Origin: Vulcanimicrobiota bacterium
Lineage (GTDB): Bacteria; Vulcanimicrobiota; SpSt-956; JAKJGF01
Direction: 5' to 3'
Length of the DNA stretch: 64,000 nucleotides
NCBI GenBank assembly: GCA_040217695.1
Contig: JBEHWO010000003.1
Coordinates: forward strand, 3,948 to 67,947
The translations under genes were made by a program, and so were the position numbers. Below the pieces are notes generated by a model that saw nothing but the letters and a program-made list of their open reading frames with translations, searched no databases and was not told the DNA's origin. Positions 60,042-64,000 of the stretch are shown piece after piece (the first letter of the stretch is position 1; each line of letters opens with the position of its first letter).

Positions 60042-60719
60042 TTAATCCTGACTGTTTCTTGGCATAACAGAGGCTTTTAATGTTACACTTTCCTGTCCTG
60101 CATTATCGGAAAAATCTTTATCGTAGGCCAGTCTTGTTTCGGAAAATTTTTTCCATGTAACAATGGAGAGATCTACTATATATTTGTTGGGATTGACGGC
60201 TATATCCAGATTATAAATATTTCTGGCAACAGTCCTCAGCTCTTCGCCTGAAGAGGGGGAAGGAGGTGTGTCTGTAAGGTATAAAGACATTTTTGTAATA
60301 TCAATCTGTTTCGGTGTCGTTCTGTCTTCATGAGGTATATATCTTCTCAAAAGTCTTTTTGCAGGTTTACTGGCATCAGAAGGAGATGTATAATACAATA
60401 CGTATCCCTTCCATACAATTGCAGCATTTTCTTTTTCCACATCGCCTGTAGAAGAGTTCACTGCAGTTTCAAAAACTACATAACTTACAGGAGGAGTATT
60501 ATTATGTGTAAGAGTTGTAATATCCGTAGCGGTGAGTTCACTCAATATCCTGCCCATAGCTACTTCTGCCTGATTTTGAACATCACCCTTTGTCTCAACG
60601 AGTTTCCAGTTTTTTAATCCGTAGCTGAATACGGCAAAAGCACAGGCAAGAAATATGCTGAAAATCAAAATAGCCATAACAAGTTCTAATACGGTATGAC
60701 CCCGGTGTTGCTTATTCAT
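60042..60719 (-). CDS. Prepilin-type minor pilin (PilW/GspJ-like)
   Basis: RG|HTVLELVMAIL N-terminus. Confidence 0.8.
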   Translation of the reverse strand: MNKQHRGHTVLELVMAILIFSIFLACAFAVFSYGLKNWKLVETKGDVQNQAEVAMGRILSELTATDITTLTHNNTPPVSYVVFETAVNSSTGDVEKENAAIVWKGYVLYYTSPSDASKPAKRLLRRYIPHEDRTTPKQIDITKMSLYLTDTPPSPSSGEELRTVARNIYNLDIAVNPNKYIVDLSIVTWKKFSETRLAYDKDFSDNAGQESVTLKASVMPRNSQD

Positions 60720-60752
60720 AATAACATTCCTCTCGAGCCTTATTAATTGCTC

Positions 60753-61220
60753 TTATTTTGCTTTATATAATTCGAGAGTAACAAAATTTTTGCCGCTATT
60801 TTCACCTGCAATTTGATCCCATGAGACTGTAACTGTTATACTTACTAAATTACCTGTACCGCTTACGTCTTTTGCCTGTATCCTGTAATAATAAATAACT
60901 CCGTCTACATCCTCTTTCAGAGGAGCAGGAGGTACAGGGAAGGCAGGAAAATAATGCCCCGGTGTTCCTGTTGCTGTATTACCTTTAGAACCGTCTAAAT
61001 CTACCGGGAGAGAAGTGGGAATATCAGAAAAACCCATAAGTTTTATATATTCCAGTTGTTTCTGGGCAAGGTTTGTAGCAACAACAAGTTTTTCACTTTT
61101 TTTCGTTGAAACCAGTATGCCTGTGAAAATACCTGTTACACTGACTATAATAATTGACAGTATGAGGACTCCCCAGATAACTTCTATTAAACTGAATGCT
61201 TTTTTTATGTTATTTTTCAT
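60753..61220 (-). CDS. Prepilin-type minor pilin (PilV/GspI-like)
   Basis: KA|FSLIEVI, ATNLAQKQLE, ITVTVSW. Confidence 0.85.
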   Translation of the reverse strand: MKNNIKKAFSLIEVIWGVLILSIIIVSVTGIFTGILVSTKKSEKLVVATNLAQKQLEYIKLMGFSDIPTSLPVDLDGSKGNTATGTPGHYFPAFPVPPAPLKEDVDGVIYYYRIQAKDVSGTGNLVSITVTVSWDQIAGENSGKNFVTLELYKAK

Positions 61221-61263
61221 AGTAATTCACAAATAATGTATTTTATTCTGCTGTTCTGCTACA

Positions 61264-61292
61264 ATTGTAACATAAAAAGGTGATCCAGTCAA
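61264..61292 (-). promoter_or_regulatory. Sigma70-type promoter of pilin operon
   Basis: TTGACT-N17-TACAAT with extended TG. Confidence 0.6.
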
Positions 61293-61365
61293 TGTTTTTG
61301 GTAAACTAATGGTGTAAGATAGTTAACAAATTTTATTTATATTTAACTTTAAAAATATGTAATGT

Positions 61366-63090
61366 TCAGTCTCTTCCCATGCCTCTGCCAGGGCCGCCGG
61401 GACCTCCGCCTGGAGGGCCTCCGGTGCCCGGTGTTTGATTTGCTCCTTTAATTTCCGGAAGTTTGACTTCATCATTTTCTTTCAGTCCTGTTACTATCTC
61501 TATCATGACATTATTTTTAAGGCCTGTAGTAACTTCAGAATCAGTAAAAGTATTTTTACCCGTAACGAGGGTTACATATTTTTTCCCCTTTTTTTCCCAT
61601 ACTGCTTCAAGAGGAACTTGAAGGACAGAGTCTTTTTTTGCTACATAGATATCCGCATCGACAGACATGCCGGGGTAGAGTATTTCGTAACGCTTCTTTC
61701 CCTGTGGTAAATCCTGGTTTTTAATCCTGTCCAGTAATATTTTAATTCTTATTTTAAAAGTCGGTATCTGTTCAACCTGTGAAGCCTGAGGTGTTATATG
61801 TGTTATAATCCCTGGGATTTTCAGATCCTGATAGGCTGCAGCCATTATGGTCACTGGAAGATGGAGTTTGATTTTTCCTATGTCTGATTCGTCAATAGTT
61901 GTTTCTGCATAAATCTCACCGAGATCTGCAATAGTCATTAACGTTGTTCCTGCGGCACTGGACATAGTCTGAGATGCAACTACATCTCCTACTTCAACTG
62001 CTCTGCTGATGATCAGAGCATTAACCGGCGAGAGTATTTTTGTTTTGGACAGTTGATCTTTGGACTGCTCTTTGGAAGCTTTTGATTTATCCAGGAGGGC
62101 TCCTGTAGAGGCAAGATCGTTTTCCTTCATGCTTACCTGAAGCCCCTCTGCTCTGGCCTGTTCCAGATTTATCCTTGCTGTATTCAGATCTGTTTCTGCT
62201 ATATGGAGGGCTCTCTCTTTAACGGCAATATCCTGTTTCCCTTTTGTTATCTGATATTTTAGATTTTTCTCAGCCTGTTCAACCTGTGCCTGACTTATTT
62301 CTATATCTTCAGGTCTGTTTCCTTCAACAGCCATATCATAGGCTACCTGTGCAGCTTCATATTGAGATTTTGCAACAATGTATGTTTTCTCGGCATCATC
62401 AACAGTTTTCTGTGCAACAAACTCATTTTTATAAAGCTCTTTCTGTCGTTCATAATCTTTTCCGGCATTTTCCATAGTAACTTCTGCCTGTTCTACCTGT
62501 TCAAGTTTTGCCGCTATTTCCTGTTTTCTCGAACCTGCCCGGGTTTTCTCAAGCTGTTTTTTTGCCACTTCAAGGGAAGAAGTAGCCTGTTCTATTGCTG
62601 ATTTTGTGATTTCTTTTTGTTCCGTCAATTCTTCCATGGCATTTTTATAAACGAGTTCTGCTCTGGTAAGCTGTTCTTTCTTTCCTGCTATCGTAAGCTC
62701 ATTGTTTTTTTTCTGAAATTCTACGGATGTTTCTGCCTGTTTAAGCTTCGAAAGATTGTTTCTGTAATCTGCATCTGTCTGAAGGTCTGATTGCTTTAAC
62801 TGAGTATCATCAATAATTGCCAGTAAATCCCCCTGTTCAACAGTTTCTCCTTCTTCGTGAGGTAGTTTTATGACCTTCCCTCCTATTTCTGATTTTATAT
62901 CTATCTGTACTATTGCTTTAACCACTCCTGTAGCAGTTATAATAACTTCCATATTATCTTTCATAACCTTAACAGAGCTGTAATCTTTCTTTTTTTCTGC
63001 TTTTTTCTGTTTTGTTTTATAGATATAAAAACCGGCTGAGCATATTATAACCAGTATAATAAATATAATAAATATTTTAGATTTTTTCAT
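61366..63090 (-). CDS. Efflux periplasmic adaptor (HlyD/MacA-like) with long coiled coil
   Basis: N-terminal TM, ATGVV, GETVEQGDLL, I.SP, DESDIGKI, PGMS, TGL. Confidence 0.9.
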   Translation of the reverse strand: MKKSKIFIIFIILVIICSAGFYIYKTKQKKAEKKKDYSSVKVMKDNMEVIITATGVVKAIVQIDIKSEIGGKVIKLPHEEGETVEQGDLLAIIDDTQLKQSDLQTDADYRNNLSKLKQAETSVEFQKKNNELTIAGKKEQLTRAELVYKNAMEELTEQKEITKSAIEQATSSLEVAKKQLEKTRAGSRKQEIAAKLEQVEQAEVTMENAGKDYERQKELYKNEFVAQKTVDDAEKTYIVAKSQYEAAQVAYDMAVEGNRPEDIEISQAQVEQAEKNLKYQITKGKQDIAVKERALHIAETDLNTARINLEQARAEGLQVSMKENDLASTGALLDKSKASKEQSKDQLSKTKILSPVNALIISRAVEVGDVVASQTMSSAAGTTLMTIADLGEIYAETTIDESDIGKIKLHLPVTIMAAAYQDLKIPGIITHITPQASQVEQIPTFKIRIKILLDRIKNQDLPQGKKRYEILYPGMSVDADIYVAKKDSVLQVPLEAVWEKKGKKYVTLVTGKNTFTDSEVTTGLKNNVMIEIVTGLKENDEVKLPEIKGANQTPGTGGPPGGGPGGPGRGMGRD

Positions 63091-63291
63091 AAAAAACTTT
63101 CTCCTGTAGCTTTTTCAAAGGAATATGCTATATTTTTTACCGTCCAGAATATCATTTGATAGCTGGAATTTATGAATAATTATGACTGAAAAAGGCAAAA
63201 AAAGCAAGTGGGAATTTTGAAAAAATGAAAATCAGTAAAAACAGACAACCCTGTGTATTCGCCCGGTACACGGCGAAAATACGCATCACGC

Positions 63292-64000
63292 TTATAATAA
63301 ACTTTCTCCTATAGCTTTTTTAAATGTGAAAAGTGCTATCTGATAATTATATCTGGCAACAATTAAGTCAGTCATGGATCTGTTGAATGTTACCTGTGCG
63401 TCCAGGAGTTCCTGAAATGGAGAAACTCCTGCTTTATATCTTCCTTCTGCTACCTGAAGATTTTTATTTGCTTCTTCTACCTGCTGTGTTGTCAATTCTA
63501 TCTTTGCAAAAGCTGTTTCAAGATTATAATAGGATGTTTCCACTTCAAGACTTATAGATTTTTCCGTATCCAGTTTGCCTGCTTCCAGACTGGTTTTATT
63601 TGCTTTCGCCGCATCTATTTTTGACGAACTGCTGAACCCATCAAAGAGGGGAAGGGTAAAATTTGCCTGCACTGTATAATAATTATTAGGACGGGCAGGG
63701 TCTCTGGCTGCATCCAGGTTTAATCCCACGTCTACAGTAAGCTGTGGCATTACACTGATAGTAAGAAGGTCAATCTGTACTGCCTGTGCCTTAATCTGTG
63801 CCAGCATTTCTTTTAGCTCGGGTCTTTTCTCCATGGCATTACTTATTGCCTCCTGCAGTTCAGGTTTACAGGTCAATTCAAAACTTTCTTCCACTACCTC
63901 TGCTTCTATATCTCTTTTTAAGCCTATTAAACTTTTCAGATTGGCCATTTTGATCCTGAGATTATTCCGGGCATCCAGAAGATTAACCTTTGCCTCTGTG
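63292..64000 (-). CDS. TolC family outer membrane protein, 5' end outside window
   Basis: AMEKRPEL, LPLFDG, EVETSYY, RYKAG...LLDAQ. Confidence 0.88.
   Translation of the reverse strand, partial: TEAKVNLLDARNNLRIKMANLKSLIGLKRDIEAEVVEESFELTCKPELQEAISNAMEKRPELKEMLAQIKAQAVQIDLLTISVMPQLTVDVGLNLDAARDPARPNNYYTVQANFTLPLFDGFSSSSKIDAAKANKTSLEAGKLDTEKSISLEVETSYYNLETAFAKIELTTQQVEEANKNLQVAEGRYKAGVSPFQELLDAQVTFNRSMTDLIVARYNYQIALFTFKKAIGESLL

Overview
64 kb of an AT-rich bacterial chromosome, probably from a diderm (TolC- and TolB-like genes); the lineage cannot be fixed from sequence alone. Housekeeping genes: thrA-thrB-thrC, dnaX-ybaB-recR, manC, PMM/PGM, queF, yigZ, ftcD, serA+DUF1015, a deoxyhypusine-synthase-like gene. 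Signalling genes are abundant: hybrid and degenerate histidine kinases, cheR-cheD-cheB, a Ser/Thr kinase-HEAT protein, a TPR-HEAT protein and an FHA-GAF-cyclase. There is also a minor-pilin operon with two tandem PilX-like paralogues and an efflux adaptor/TolC pair. No rRNA, tRNA, CRISPR array or transposase was recognised. Two things stand out. (1) A bacterial protein with the Sec23/Sec24 (cpRas1-like) Zn-finger + vWA architecture, next to a kinase with a Tyr/Gly/Gln heptad-repeat linker. (2) A pervasive intergenic repeat system: 7-bp GTRANNN arrays that sit right after stop codons, form hairpins, and act as the shared core of several MITE-like families whose arms occur in shuffled combinations, plus a TIR/TSD-bounded element carrying two different REP-like palindromes. 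All protein assignments come from motif recognition by eye, not database searches.
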